A stretch of 64,000 bases of DNA from Anaeramoeba ignava BMAN (taxonomy: Eukaryota; Protista; Anaeramoebae). The stretch lies in the NCBI GenBank assembly GCA_028826165.1, contig JAPDFW010000013.1, positions 19,107 through 83,106 on the forward strand, given 5' to 3'. Each line of letters starts with the position of its first letter. Position 1 is the stretch's first letter. The translations under genes were made by a program, and so were the position numbers. Below the pieces are notes generated by a model. That model saw only the letters and a list, made by a program, of their open reading frames with translations. It searched no databases and had not been told where the DNA came from. Shown piece by piece: positions 13,321 to 25,867 of this stretch.

Positions 13321-15101
13321 TTAAAAAATTAAGCATTTTTCTTTCTTTTTTTGATTATTAAATTTGTTAATTAATAAATCAAATAAATTTGGGTTTGTTT
13401 GATTTAATTGAAAATAATCAATTCCAGTTTGAATTTCATTAATTATTTCTTTTGTAATTTGAATTCCATCTTTAATTTGATTTGAATAAATCCAATATTC
13501 AAATATTTCAAATGATTTATTACTTAATTCACTATAATCTGTAACTTTATTAGAAGTATCATTTGTTACAGATAAAAACATTCCTCGATATAATTCACTT
13601 CTCATTATTAATATTAATTTTGGAAATTTATATTGTTTTTCTTTTCTTTCAATTATAAAATCTTTTTCATTTTCATTTTCATTTAAATAAATTCTTTTCA
13701 TTGTTTCTTCAATTTTTCATTTGAATTTATAATTTCTTTAATTTCAGAATATAATTTTGGATTTATTATTCTGTTTGAATAAATCATTTCAAATATTTGA
13801 TTTGATTCTTTAATTGATTTTTTTGAAATAATTTCTTGAAGTTTTTCAATTTCATTTTGATTTTGATTTAATCTATATTTCAATATTAATTTATGAGCTT
13901 CAATTATTTCTCCATTTTTGGTTTTAAATGAAATATTGCAAAATTCTTTTCTTCTAAATAATTTTATCAAATCTTCTTCAAGATTGGAAAAAGAAGGAGA
14001 ATAATAAAGAAATGAATTACCATCTCCACAAGAAACATGATAATTAGAAATATTTTCATTAAATCTTAATTTAGGAAGTTCAATTTGAATTGGAATTGAT
14101 TGTTCTATTATATCTCCAGTTCCTAATTCACCATTTATATTATATCCAAATCCAATTAATTTCTTGGAAGTTAAAATCAAAGTATGTTGATATCCAACAG
14201 AAAAATCAAGAATATTATCATCATTTTCAAATAAAGATGATTTGATTTGAGTAAATTCATAAGTATCTTCATCTTTGCCAAGTCCATTAAATTCATAATT
14301 TCCACATGAATAAAGTTTTCTTTTTGGATTTTCATTTTCATCTTCAATCAACATTATTGAATTAGATCCGCATTGAATATCAATTATTTTACCTTTTGGA
14401 ATATTTTGAATTTTGGTTAATTTTTGGATTTTTGTTTCTTCTTTTCTTGATTCTCCTCCTAATCCAAGTTGAGCAAATTCATTATTTCCGCATCCAAATA
14501 ATTCTTGATTTGAATTTAAAAGAAAAACAGAACTAGAATAATTTCCTGAAAATACTTTAGAAACATTTTTCATCATTAAAATTGGTTTTTCTGTTTTTTT
14601 CATTGTTTCAGAATCAAATCCAAGTTGACCATTTTCATTTGAACCAATTCCGTAAACATTTTGATTTGAAGTTAATAAGTAAATTGAACAAGCACCAGAA
14701 ACAATATCTTGAATTATTCTATCATTTGTATCTTCAATTAATGATGAAATATTAATAAATTCTTTTGGATTAATATTAAATCCTTTGGCAAATACATTTC
14801 CTTCTATTGTTAAAATAGCTACATTTTCAGAACCAACAGTTACTTTTTGAATATTTTCTTCAATTTGGATTTTTTGAGGTTTTTGATATGAATCATTTTC
14901 ATTTAAATATTCTATTGCTTTTCCATTTTTAAAAAGGAAAATTGTTGAAAGACTTGATGATGAAATTTGTTTAATTTGTTTTTCATTTTCATTTTCATTT
15001 TCATTTTCAAATTTAAATTGAATTGGTTTTGTTATTGAATCTGGTTCATTTTTGATAAGTATTGGAAATTGATTTGCACCAAAAAATAAACAATCATTCA
15101 T
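13321..15101 (-). CDS. RCC1-BTB-BTB copy 2; CaaX tail; indel near 13715
   Basis: Paralog of copy 1. ORFs 13698-15101 and 13321-13701 are joined by a homopolymer indel. Confidence 0.88.
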
Positions 15102-15449
15102 TTTTAAAAAGAAAAAAAATGAAAAAATGATTTGGAACTTTTTTATTTTAATTTTAATTTTAATTTTAATTTTGATTTTAATTTTAATTTTGAATTTTAA
15201 TTTAAATTTTATTTTTAATTTTAATTTTAATTTTAATTTTAATTTTAATTTTAATTTTAATTTTAATTTTAAATTTTAATTTTAATTTTAATTTTAATTT
15301 TGATTTAATTTTGATTTTAATTTTAATTTTAATTTTTAATTTTAATTTTAATTTTAATTTTAAATTTAATTTTAATTTTAATTTTAATTTTAATTTTAAT
15401 TTTAATTTTAATTTGTATTTTAATTTTAATTTTAATTTTAATTTTAATT

Positions 15450-17267
15450 TTAATTTTGATTATTAAATTTGTTAATTAATAAATCAAATAAATTTGGTTT
15501 TGTTTGATTTAATTGAAAATAATCAATTCCAATTTTAATTTCATTAATAATTTCTTGTGTAATTTGAATTTCATCTTTGATTTGATTTGAATAAATCCAA
15601 TATTCAAATATTTGAAATGCTTTATTACTTAATTCACTATAATCTGTAACTTTATTAGAAGTATCATTTGTTACGGATAAAAACATTCCTCGATATAATT
15701 CACTTCTCATTATTAATATTAATTTTGGGAATTTATATTGTTTTTCTTTTCTTTCAATTATAAAATCTTTCTCATTTTCATTTTCATTTTCATTTAAATA
15801 AATTCTTTTCATTGTTTCTTCTATTTTTTCATTTGAATTTATAATTTCTTTAATTTCAGAATATAATTTTGGATTTATAATTCTGTTTGAATAAATCATT
15901 TCAAATATTTGATTTGATTCTTTAATTGATTTATTTGAAATAATTTCTTGAAGTTTTTCAATTTCATTTTGATTTTGATTTAATCTATATTTCAATATTA
16001 ATTTATGAGCTTCAATTATTTCTCCATTTTCTGTTTTAAATGAAATATTACAAAATTCTTTTCTTCTAAATAATTTTATCAAATCTTCTTCAAGATTAGA
16101 AAAAGAGGAAAGAAAAGGAGAATAATAAAGAAATGATTTTGAAAATCCACAAGAAAGATGATAATTAGAAATATTTTCATTAAATCTTAATTTAGGAAGT
16201 TTGATTTGAATTGGAATTGATTGATAATTGAAATCTCCAATTCCTAATTGACCAGAATGATTACTTCCAAATACAATCAATTTTCTTTTGGAAGTTAAAA
16301 TCAAAGTATGATCATATCCAACAGAAAAATCAAGAATAATATCATCATCATTTTCAAATAAAGATAATTCTATTTCAGTAAATTCATAAGTATTTTGAAA
16401 CATTTTGTCAAATCCATTAAATTTATGATCTCCACATGAATAAAGTTTTCTTTTTGGATTTGGATTTTCATTTTCATTTTCAATCAGCATTATTGAATGA
16501 GAAAACCCACATTGAATATCAATTATTTTGCCTTTTGGAATATTTTGGATTTTGGTTAATTTTTGGATTTTTGTTTCTTCTTTTCTTGATTCTCCTAATC
16601 CAAGTTGGCCATATGCATTATTTCCACATCCAAATAATTCTTGATTTGAATTTAAAAGAAAAACATGATTTGAAGTATTTCCTGAAAATATTTTAGAAAC
16701 ATTTTTCATCATTAAAATTGGTTTTTCTGTTTTTTCAAGTGCTTCATAATCAAAACCAAGTTGATCATATCGATTTGAACCAATTCCATAAGCATTTTGA
16801 TTTGAAGTTAATAAGTAAATTGAATAAGCACCAGAAACAATATCTTGAATTATTCTATCATTTTTATCTTGAATTATTCTATCATTTTTATCTTCAATTA
16901 ATGATGAAATATTGATAAATTCTTTTGGATTATTTGAATTGATATCTTCTCCTTTTGCAAATACATTTCCTTCTATTGTTAAAATAGCTTCATTTTCAGA
17001 ACCAACAGTTACTTTTTGAATATTTTCAATTTGGATTTTTTCAGGATTTTGATTTGAATCATTTTCATTTAAATATTCTATTGCTTTTCCATTTTTAAAA
17101 AGGAAAATTGTTGAAAGACTTGATGTTGAAATTTGCTTAATTTGTTTTTCATTTTCATTTTCATTTTCATTTTCAAATTTAAATTGAATTGGTTTTGTTA
17201 TTTCATTTGATTCATTTTTGAAAAGTTTTGGATATTGATTTTCACCAAAAAATAAACAATCATTCAT
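15450..17267 (-). CDS. RCC1-BTB-BTB copy 3 (intact, 605 aa, ends NNQN*)
   Basis: Full ORF with an internal 24-bp duplication, DKNDRIIQ x2. Confidence 0.92.
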   Translation of the reverse strand: MNDCLFFGENQYPKLFKNESNEITKPIQFKFENENENENEKQIKQISTSSLSTIFLFKNGKAIEYLNENDSNQNPEKIQIENIQKVTVGSENEAILTIEGNVFAKGEDINSNNPKEFINISSLIEDKNDRIIQDKNDRIIQDIVSGAYSIYLLTSNQNAYGIGSNRYDQLGFDYEALEKTEKPILMMKNVSKIFSGNTSNHVFLLNSNQELFGCGNNAYGQLGLGESRKEETKIQKLTKIQNIPKGKIIDIQCGFSHSIMLIENENENPNPKRKLYSCGDHKFNGFDKMFQNTYEFTEIELSLFENDDDIILDFSVGYDHTLILTSKRKLIVFGSNHSGQLGIGDFNYQSIPIQIKLPKLRFNENISNYHLSCGFSKSFLYYSPFLSSFSNLEEDLIKLFRRKEFCNISFKTENGEIIEAHKLILKYRLNQNQNEIEKLQEIISNKSIKESNQIFEMIYSNRIINPKLYSEIKEIINSNEKIEETMKRIYLNENENENEKDFIIERKEKQYKFPKLILIMRSELYRGMFLSVTNDTSNKVTDYSELSNKAFQIFEYWIYSNQIKDEIQITQEIINEIKIGIDYFQLNQTKPNLFDLLINKFNNQN

Positions 17268-17499
17268 TTTTGAAAAAGAAAAAAAATGAAAAAAATATTT
17301 TTTTTGGAATTTTTATTTTAATTTTAATTTTAATTTTAATTTTAATTTTAATTTTTAATTTTAATTTTAATTTTAATTTTAATTTTAATTTTTAATTTTA
17401 ATTTTAATTTTAATTTTAATTTTAATTTTAATTTTAATTTTAATTTTAATTTTAATTTTAATTTTGATTTTAATTTTAATTTTAATTTTAATTTTAATT

Positions 17500-19273
17500 T
17501 TAATTTTGATTATTAAATTTGTTAGTTAATAAATCAAATAAATTTGGATTTGTTTGATTTAATTGAAAATAATCAATTCCAATTTGAATTTCATCAATTA
17601 TTTCTTGTGTAATTTGAATTTCATCTTTAATTTGATTTGAATAAATCCAATATTCAAATATTTGAAATGATTTATTACTTAATTCACTATAATCTGTAAC
17701 TTTATTAGATTTATCTTCTGTTACAGATAAAAACATTCCTCGATATAATTCACTTCTCATTATTAATATTAATTTTGGAAATTTATATTGTTTTTCTTTT
17801 CTTTCAATAATAAAATCTTTTTCATTTTCATTTTCATTTTCATTTAAATAAATTCTTTTCATTGTTTCTTCAATTTTTTCATTTGAATTTATAATTTCTT
17901 TAATTTCAGAATATAATTTTGGATTTATTTTGGAATTGTTTGAATAAATCATTTCAAATATTTGATTTGATTCTTTAATTGATTTTTGAAATAATTTCTT
18001 GAAGTTTTTCAATTTGATTTTCATAATCTTTTAATCTATATTTCAATATTAATTTATGAGCTTCAATTATTTCTCCATTTTCGGTTTTAAATGAAATATC
18101 ACAAAATTCTTTTCTTCTAAATAATTTTATCAAATCTTCTTCAAGATTGGAAAAAGAAGGAGAATAATAAAGAAATGAATTATAAACTCCACAATGAACA
18201 TGATAATTAGAAATATTTTCATTAAATCTTAATTTAGGAAGTTCAATTTGAGTTGGAATCGGTTTATATTCTGTATCTCCAGTTCCTAATTCACCATTTA
18301 TATTTCTTCCAAATCCAATCAATTTCCCTTTTTCGGTTAAGATTAAAGTATTTTCATATCCAACAGAAAAATCAAGAATATTATCATCATTTTCAAATAA
18401 AGATGATTTGATTTCAAAAAAAGATGTGAGATATTCAGTTTGGCTATTTCCATTGAATTGAGGTTCACCACACGAATAAAGTTTTCTTTTTGGATTTTGA
18501 TTTTGATTTTCATCTTCAATTTCAATCAACATAACTGAATGCCAATTTCCTGTTTGAATATCAATTATTTTACCTTTTGGAATATTTTGGATTTTGGTTA
18601 ATTCTTTCATATTTTCTTCTTCTGTTTCTTTTATTTCTAATCCAACTTGACCATAGCAATTATATCCACATCCAAATAATTCTTGATTTGAATTTAAAAG
18701 AAAAACAGAATAAGAAGGAATTCCTGAAAATATTTTAGAAACATTTTTCATCATTAAAATTGGTTTTTCTGTTTTTTTAAATGTTTCAGAATCAAAACCA
18801 AGTTGAGCAAAAAAATTTGAACCAATTCCATAAGCATTTTGATTTGAAGTTAATAAGTAAATTGAATTATATCCAGAAACAACATCTTGAATTATTCTAT
18901 CATTTGTATCTTCAATTAATGATGAAATATTGATAAATTCTTTTGGATTTTTTGGATTAATATCTTTTCCTTTGGCAAATACATTTCCTTCTATTGTTAA
19001 AATAGCTTCATTTTGAACACCAACAGTTACTTTTTGAATATTTTCAATTTGGATTTTTTGAAGATTTTGTTTTGAATCATTTTGATTTAAATATTCTATT
19101 GCTTTTCCATTTTTAAAAAGGAAAATTGTTGAAAAATAACCTGATGCAATTTGTTTAATTTGTTTTTCATTTTCATTTTCAAATTTAAATTGAATTGGTT
19201 TTGTTATTTTATTTGGTTTATTTTTGATAAGTATTGGATATTGATTTAAACCAAAAAATAAGCAATCATTCAT
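17500..19273 (-). CDS. RCC1-BTB-BTB copy 4; indel near 17985
   Basis: ORFs 17975-19273 and 17500-18024 are the two halves of the paralog. Confidence 0.88.
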
Positions 19274-19533
19274 TTTTGAAAAGAAAAAAATGAAAAAATA
19301 ATTTTGAATTTTAATTTTAATTTTAATTTTAATTTTAATTTTAATTTTAATTTTAATTTTAATTTTAATTTTGATTTTAATTTTAATTTTAATTTTAATT
19401 TTAATTTTAATTTTAATTTTGATTTTAATTTTGATTATTAAATTTGTTAATTAATAAATCCAATAAATTTGGATTTGTTTGATTTAATTGAAAATAATCA
19501 ATTCCTCTTTTAATTTCATTAATAATTTCTTTT

Positions 19534-21326
19534 TTAAAAAATTAAGCATTTTTCTTTCTTTTGATTTTGATTATTAAATTTGTTAATTAATAAATCAAAT
19601 AAATTTGGATTTGTTTGATTTAATTGAAAATAATCAATTCCAATTTGAATTTCATCAATTATTTCTTGTGTAATTTGAATTTCTTCTTTAATTTGATTTG
19701 AATAAATCCAATATTCAAATATTTCAAATGATTTATTACTTAATTCACTATAATCTGTAACTTTATTAGAAGTATCATCTTTTACAGATAAAAACATTCC
19801 TCGATATAATTCACTTCTCATTATTAATATTAATTTTGGAAATTTATATTGTTTTTCTTTTCTTTCAATTATAAAATCTTTTTCATTTTCATTTTCATTT
19901 TCATTTAAATAAATTCTTTTCATTGTTTCTTCAATTTTTCATTTAAATTTATAATTTCTTTAATTTCAGAATATAATTTTGGATTTATTATTCTGTTTGA
20001 ATAAATCATTTCAAATATTTGATTTGATTTTTTAATTGATTTTTTTGAAATAATTTCTTGAAGTTTTTCAATTTGATTTTGATTTTGATTTAATCTATAT
20101 TTCAATATTAATTTATGAGCTTCAATTATTTCTCCATTTTTGGTTTTAAATGAAATATCACAAAATTCTTTTCTTTCAAATAATTTTATCAAATCTTCTT
20201 CAAGATTGGAAAAAGGAGAAGAATAATAAAGAAATGAATTACCATATCCACAAGAAACATGATAATTAGAAATATTTTCATTAAATCTTAATTTAGGAAG
20301 TTCAATTTGGATTGGAATTGATTGTTTTATGAAATCTCCAGTTCCTAATTCACCAAAAAAATTATCTCCAAATCCAATTAATTTCCCTTTTGATGTTAAA
20401 ATCAAAGTATGTTGATATCCAACAGAAAAATCAAGAATATTATCATCATTTTCAAATAAAGATGATTTGATTTCAGTAAATTCATAAATATCTTCATATA
20501 TTTTGCCAAGTCCATTAGATCGATAATCTCCACATGAATAAAGTTTTCTTTTTGGATTTTCATTTTCATCTTCAATCAACATTACTGAATTAGATCCGCA
20601 TTGAATATCAATTATTTTGCCTTTTGGAATATTTTGAATTTTGGTTAATTTTTGGATTTTTGTTTCTTCTTTTCTTGATTCTCCTAATCCAAGTTGAGCA
20701 AATTCATTATATCCGCATCCAAATAATTCTTGATTTGAATTTAAAAGAAAAACATGATTTGAATAATTTCCTGAAAATATTTTAGAAACATTTTTCATCA
20801 TTAAAATTGGTTTTTCTGTTTTTTTAAGTGTTTCAGAATCAAAAGCAAGTTGACCGTTATGATTTGAACCAATTCCATAAGTATTTTGATTTGAAGTTAA
20901 TAAGTAAATTGAACAAACACCAGAAACAATATCTTGAATTATTCTATCATTTGTATCTTCAATTAATGATGAAATATTAATAAATTCTTTTGGATTTTTT
21001 GGATTAATATCAATTCCTTTGGCAAATACATTTCCTTCTTTTGTTAAAATAGCTACATTGTGAGAGCTAACAGTTACTTTTTGAATATTTTCAATTTGGA
21101 TTTTTTGAGGTTTTTGATATGAATCATTTTCTTCTAAATATTGGATTGCTTTTCCATTTTTAAAAAGGAAAATTGTTGAGAAATAACCTGATGAAATTTG
21201 TTTAATTTGTTTTTCATTTTCATTTTCATTTTCAAATTTAAATTGAATTGGTTTTGTTATTGAATCTATTTCATTTTTGATAAGTATTGGAAATTGATTT
21301 GAACCAAAAAATAAGCAATCATTCAT
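19534..21326 (-). CDS. RCC1-BTB-BTB copy 5; CaaX tail; indel near 19937
   Basis: ORFs 19920-21326 and 19534-19923; ends QKKEKCLIF*. Confidence 0.88.
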
Positions 21327-21580
21327 TTTTGAAAAGAAAAAAATGAAAAAATGATTTTGCTTTTTATTTTAATTTTAATTTTAATTTTAATTTTAATTTT
21401 AATTTTAATTTTGATTTTAATTTTAATTTTAATTTTAATTTTAATTTTAATTTTAATTTTAATTTTAATTTTAATTTTAATTTTAATTTTAATTTTAATT
21501 TTAATTTTAATTTTAATTTTAATTTTGATTTTAATTTTAATTTTAATTTTTAATTTTTGATTTTGATTTTAATTTTAATT

Positions 21581-23359
21581 TTAATTTTGATTATTAAATT
21601 TGTTAATTAATAAATCAAATAAATTTGGGTTTGTTTGATTTAATTGAAAATAATCAATTCCTGTTTGGATTTCATCAATAATTTCTTGTGTAATTTGAAT
21701 TTCATCTTTAATTTGATTTGAATAAATCCAATATTCAAATATTTGAAATGATTTATTACTTAATTCACTATAATCTGTAACTTTATTTGATTTATCTTCT
21801 GTTACAGATAAAAACATTCCTCGATATAATTCACTTCTCATTATTAATATTAATTTTGGAAATTTATATTGTTTTTCTTTTCTTTCAATAATAAAATCTT
21901 TTTCATTTTCATTTTCATTTAAATAAATTCTTTTCATTGTTTCTTCAATTTTTTCATTTGAATTTATAATTTCTTTAATTTCAGAATATAATATTGGATT
22001 TATTATTCTGTTTGAATAAATCATTTCAAATATTTGATTTGATTCTTTAATTGATTTTTTTGAAATAATTTCTTGAAGTTTATCAATTTGATTTTCTTGA
22101 TTTTGATTTAATCTATATTTCAATATTAATTTATGAGCTTCAATTATTTCTCCATTTTCGGTTTTAAATGAAATATTACAAAATTCTTTTCTTTCAAATA
22201 ATTTTATCAAATCTTCTTCAAGATTGGAAAAAGAAGGAGGAGAATAATAAATAAATGAACTAAATCCTCCACAAGAAACATGATAATTGGAAACATCTTC
22301 ATTAAATCTTAATTCAGGAAGTTCAGTTTGGAATGGAATTGATGTATAACTGTAATCTCCAGTTCCTAATTGACCAGAATAATTACTGCCAAATACTATT
22401 AGTTTTGAATTTGAAGTTAAAATCAAAGTATGTGCATATCCAACAGAAAAATCAAGAATATTATCATCATTTTCAAATAAAGATGATTTGATTTCAGTAA
22501 ATTCATAAATATTTTCATCTTTGCCAAGTCCATTAAATTTATGATCTCCACATGAATAAAGTTTTCTTTTTGGATTTTGATTTTCATCTTCATCTTCAAT
22601 CAACATTATTGAATGAGAATATCCGCATTGAATACCAATTATTTTGCCTTTTGGAATATTTTGGATTTTGGTTAAATTTCGGATATATGCTTCTTTTCTT
22701 GATTCTCCTAATCCAAGTTGGCCAAATTGATTATCACCACATCCAAATAATTCTTGATTTGAATTTAAAAGAAAAACATGATTAGAATAGTTTCCTGAAA
22801 ATATTTTAGAAACATTTTTCATCATTAAAATTGGTTTTTCTGTTTTTTTAAGTGTTTCAGAATCAAAACCAAGTTGATCATATCGGTTTGAACCAATTCC
22901 ATAAGCATTTTGATTTGAAGTTAATAAGTAAATTGAATTTCTTCCAGAAACAATATCTTGAATTATTCTATCATTTGTATCTTCAATTAATGATGAAATA
23001 TTGATAAATTCTTTTGGATTATTTGAATTGATATCATATCCTTTTGCAAATACATTTCCTTCTTTTGTTAAAATAGCTTCATTTCCAGAACCAACAGTTA
23101 CTTTTTGAATATTTTCTTCAATTTGGATTTTTGAAGGATTTTGATTTGAATCATGGAGATATTCTATTGCTTTTCCATTTTTAAAAAGGAAAATTGTTGA
23201 GAAACTTGATGATGAAATTTGTTTAATTTGATTTTCATTTTCATTTTCATTTTCATTTTCATTTTCAAATTTAAATTGAATTGGTTTTGTTATTTTATTT
23301 GGTTCATTTTTGATAAGTATTGGATATTCATTTTGACCAAAAAATAAACAATCATTCAT
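21581..23359 (-). CDS. RCC1-BTB-BTB copy 6 (intact, 592 aa)
   Basis: Full paralogous ORF. Confidence 0.92.
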   Translation of the reverse strand: MNDCLFFGQNEYPILIKNEPNKITKPIQFKFENENENENENENQIKQISSSSFSTIFLFKNGKAIEYLHDSNQNPSKIQIEENIQKVTVGSGNEAILTKEGNVFAKGYDINSNNPKEFINISSLIEDTNDRIIQDIVSGRNSIYLLTSNQNAYGIGSNRYDQLGFDSETLKKTEKPILMMKNVSKIFSGNYSNHVFLLNSNQELFGCGDNQFGQLGLGESRKEAYIRNLTKIQNIPKGKIIGIQCGYSHSIMLIEDEDENQNPKRKLYSCGDHKFNGLGKDENIYEFTEIKSSLFENDDNILDFSVGYAHTLILTSNSKLIVFGSNYSGQLGTGDYSYTSIPFQTELPELRFNEDVSNYHVSCGGFSSFIYYSPPSFSNLEEDLIKLFERKEFCNISFKTENGEIIEAHKLILKYRLNQNQENQIDKLQEIISKKSIKESNQIFEMIYSNRIINPILYSEIKEIINSNEKIEETMKRIYLNENENEKDFIIERKEKQYKFPKLILIMRSELYRGMFLSVTEDKSNKVTDYSELSNKSFQIFEYWIYSNQIKDEIQITQEIIDEIQTGIDYFQLNQTNPNLFDLLINKFNNQN

Positions 23360-23692
23360 TTTTGAAAAGAAAAAAATGAAAAAATGATTTTTGGAACTTT
23401 TTTATTTTAATTTTAATTTTAATTTTAATTTTAATTTTAATTTTAATTTTAATTTTGATTTTAATTTTAATTTTAATTTTAATTTTAATTTTAATTTTGA
23501 TTTTAATTTTAATTTTAATTTTAATTTTAATTTTAATTTTGATTTTAATTTTAATTTTAATTTTAATTTTTAATTTTAATTTTAATTTTAATTTTAATTT
23601 TAATTTTAATTTTAATTTTTAATTTTTGATTTTAATTTTTAATTTTAATTTTAATTTTAATTTTAATTTTAATTTTAATTTTAATTTTAATT

Positions 23693-25501
23693 TTAATTTT
23701 GATTTTGATTATTAAATTTATTAATTAATAAATCAAATAAATTTGGATTTGTTTGATTTAATTGAAAATAATCAATTCCAATTTGAATTTCATTAATTAT
23801 TTCTTGTGTAATTTCAATTTCATTTTTAATTTGATTTGAATAAATCCAATATTCAAATATTTGAAATGATTTATTACTTAATTCACTATAATCTGTAACT
23901 TTATTTGATTTATCATTTGTTACAGATAAAAACATTCCTCGATATAATTCACTTCTCATTATTAATATTAATTTTGGAAATTTATATTGTTTTTCTTTTC
24001 TTTCAATAATAAAATCTTTTTCATTTTCATTTTCATTTTCATTTTCATTTTCATTTAAATAAATTCTTTTCATTGTTTCTTCAATTTTTTCATTTGAATT
24101 TATAATTTCTTTAATTTCTGAATATAATATTGGATTTATTTTGGAATTATTTGAATAAATCATTTCAAATATTTGATTAGATTCTTTAATTGATTTTGTT
24201 GAAATAATTTCTTGAAGTTTTTCAATTTGATTTTCATCTTTTAATCTATATTTCAATATTAATTTATGAGCTTTGATTATTTCTCCATTTTCGGTTTTAA
24301 ATGAAATATCACAAAATTCTTTTCTTCTAAATAATTTTATCAAATCTTCTTCAAGATTGGAAAAAGAGGAAAGAAAAGGAGAATAATAAAGAAATGAATT
24401 ATAATATCCACAAGAAATATGATAATTGAAAATATCTTCATTAAATCTTAATTTAGGAAGTTCAATTTGAAATGGAATTGATTGATAATTTGTATCTCCA
24501 GTTCCTAATTGTCCATAATAATTACTGCCAAATCCTATTAATTTTGAATTGGAAGTTAAAATTAAAGTATGAGCTCTTCCAACAGAAAAATCAAGAATAT
24601 TATCATTTTCAAATAAAGATGATTTGATTTCAGTAAATCCATAAGTATCTTCATCTTCATTTTTCCCAAGTCCATTATATTGAGAATATCCACATGAATA
24701 AAGTTTTCTTTTTGGATTTGGATTTTCATCTTCATTTTCAATCAAAATTATTGAATGAGAATATCCACATTGAATACCAATTATTTTGCCTTTTGGAATA
24801 TTTTGGATTTTGGTTAATTTTTGGATTTTTTCTTCTTTTCTTGATTCTCCTAATCCAAGTTGACCATATCTATTATCACCGCATCCAAATAATTCTTGAT
24901 TTGAATTTAAAAGAAAAATTGAATTTGAGAAAATTCCTGAAAATATTTTAGAAACATTTTTCATCATTAAAATTGGTTTTTCTGTTTTTTTAAGTGTTTC
25001 ATAATCAAAACCAAGTTGATCATATCGATTTGAACCAATTCCATAAGCATTTTGATTTGAAGTTAATAAGTAAATTGAATGAGCTCCAGAAACAATATCT
25101 TGAATTATTCTATCATTTTTATCTTCAATTAATGATGAAATATTAATAAATTCATTTGGATTTTCTGAATCAATATATTCTCCTTTGGCAAATACATTTC
25201 CTTCTATTGTTAAAATAGCTTCATTTTCAGAACCAACAGTTACTTTTTGAATATTTTCAATTTGGATTTTTGAAGGATTTTGATTTGATTCTTGGAGATA
25301 TTCTATTGCTTTTCCATTTTCAAAAAGGAAAATTATTGAAAACCCTGATGAAATTTGTTTAATTTGATTTTCATTTTCATTTTCATTTTCATTTTCATTT
25401 TCATTTTCAAATTTAAATTGAATTGGTTTTGTTATTATATCTTGTTCATTTTTGATAAGTTTTGGATATTTATTTTCACCAAAAAATAAACAATCATTCA
25501 T
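23693..25501 (-). CDS. RCC1-BTB-BTB copy 7 (intact, 602 aa)
   Basis: Full paralogous ORF. Confidence 0.92.
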   Translation of the reverse strand: MNDCLFFGENKYPKLIKNEQDIITKPIQFKFENENENENENENENQIKQISSGFSIIFLFENGKAIEYLQESNQNPSKIQIENIQKVTVGSENEAILTIEGNVFAKGEYIDSENPNEFINISSLIEDKNDRIIQDIVSGAHSIYLLTSNQNAYGIGSNRYDQLGFDYETLKKTEKPILMMKNVSKIFSGIFSNSIFLLNSNQELFGCGDNRYGQLGLGESRKEEKIQKLTKIQNIPKGKIIGIQCGYSHSIILIENEDENPNPKRKLYSCGYSQYNGLGKNEDEDTYGFTEIKSSLFENDNILDFSVGRAHTLILTSNSKLIGFGSNYYGQLGTGDTNYQSIPFQIELPKLRFNEDIFNYHISCGYYNSFLYYSPFLSSFSNLEEDLIKLFRRKEFCDISFKTENGEIIKAHKLILKYRLKDENQIEKLQEIISTKSIKESNQIFEMIYSNNSKINPILYSEIKEIINSNEKIEETMKRIYLNENENENENENEKDFIIERKEKQYKFPKLILIMRSELYRGMFLSVTNDKSNKVTDYSELSNKSFQIFEYWIYSNQIKNEIEITQEIINEIQIGIDYFQLNQTNPNLFDLLINKFNNQNQN

Positions 25502-25867
25502 TTTTAAAAAGAAAAAAAAATTATTTTTGAAAAATTTATTTTTGGAATTTTAATTTTAATTTTAATTTTGATTTTAATTTTAATTTTAATTTTAATTTTA
25601 ATTTTAATTTTAATTTTAATTTTAATTTTAATTTTAATTTTAATTTTAATTTTAATTTTAATTTTAATTTTAATTTTAATTTTAATTTTAATTTAAATTT
25701 AATTTTAATTTTTAATAAAATTTTAAAATTTTAATTTTTTTAATTTGTTTGATTTATTTTAATTGAAAATAATCAGTTTAAATTTTAATTTTGATTATTA
25801 AATTTGTTAATTAATAAATGTTTCTTTGATTTAATTTTAATTTCAATTTCATCTTTATTATTTGATT

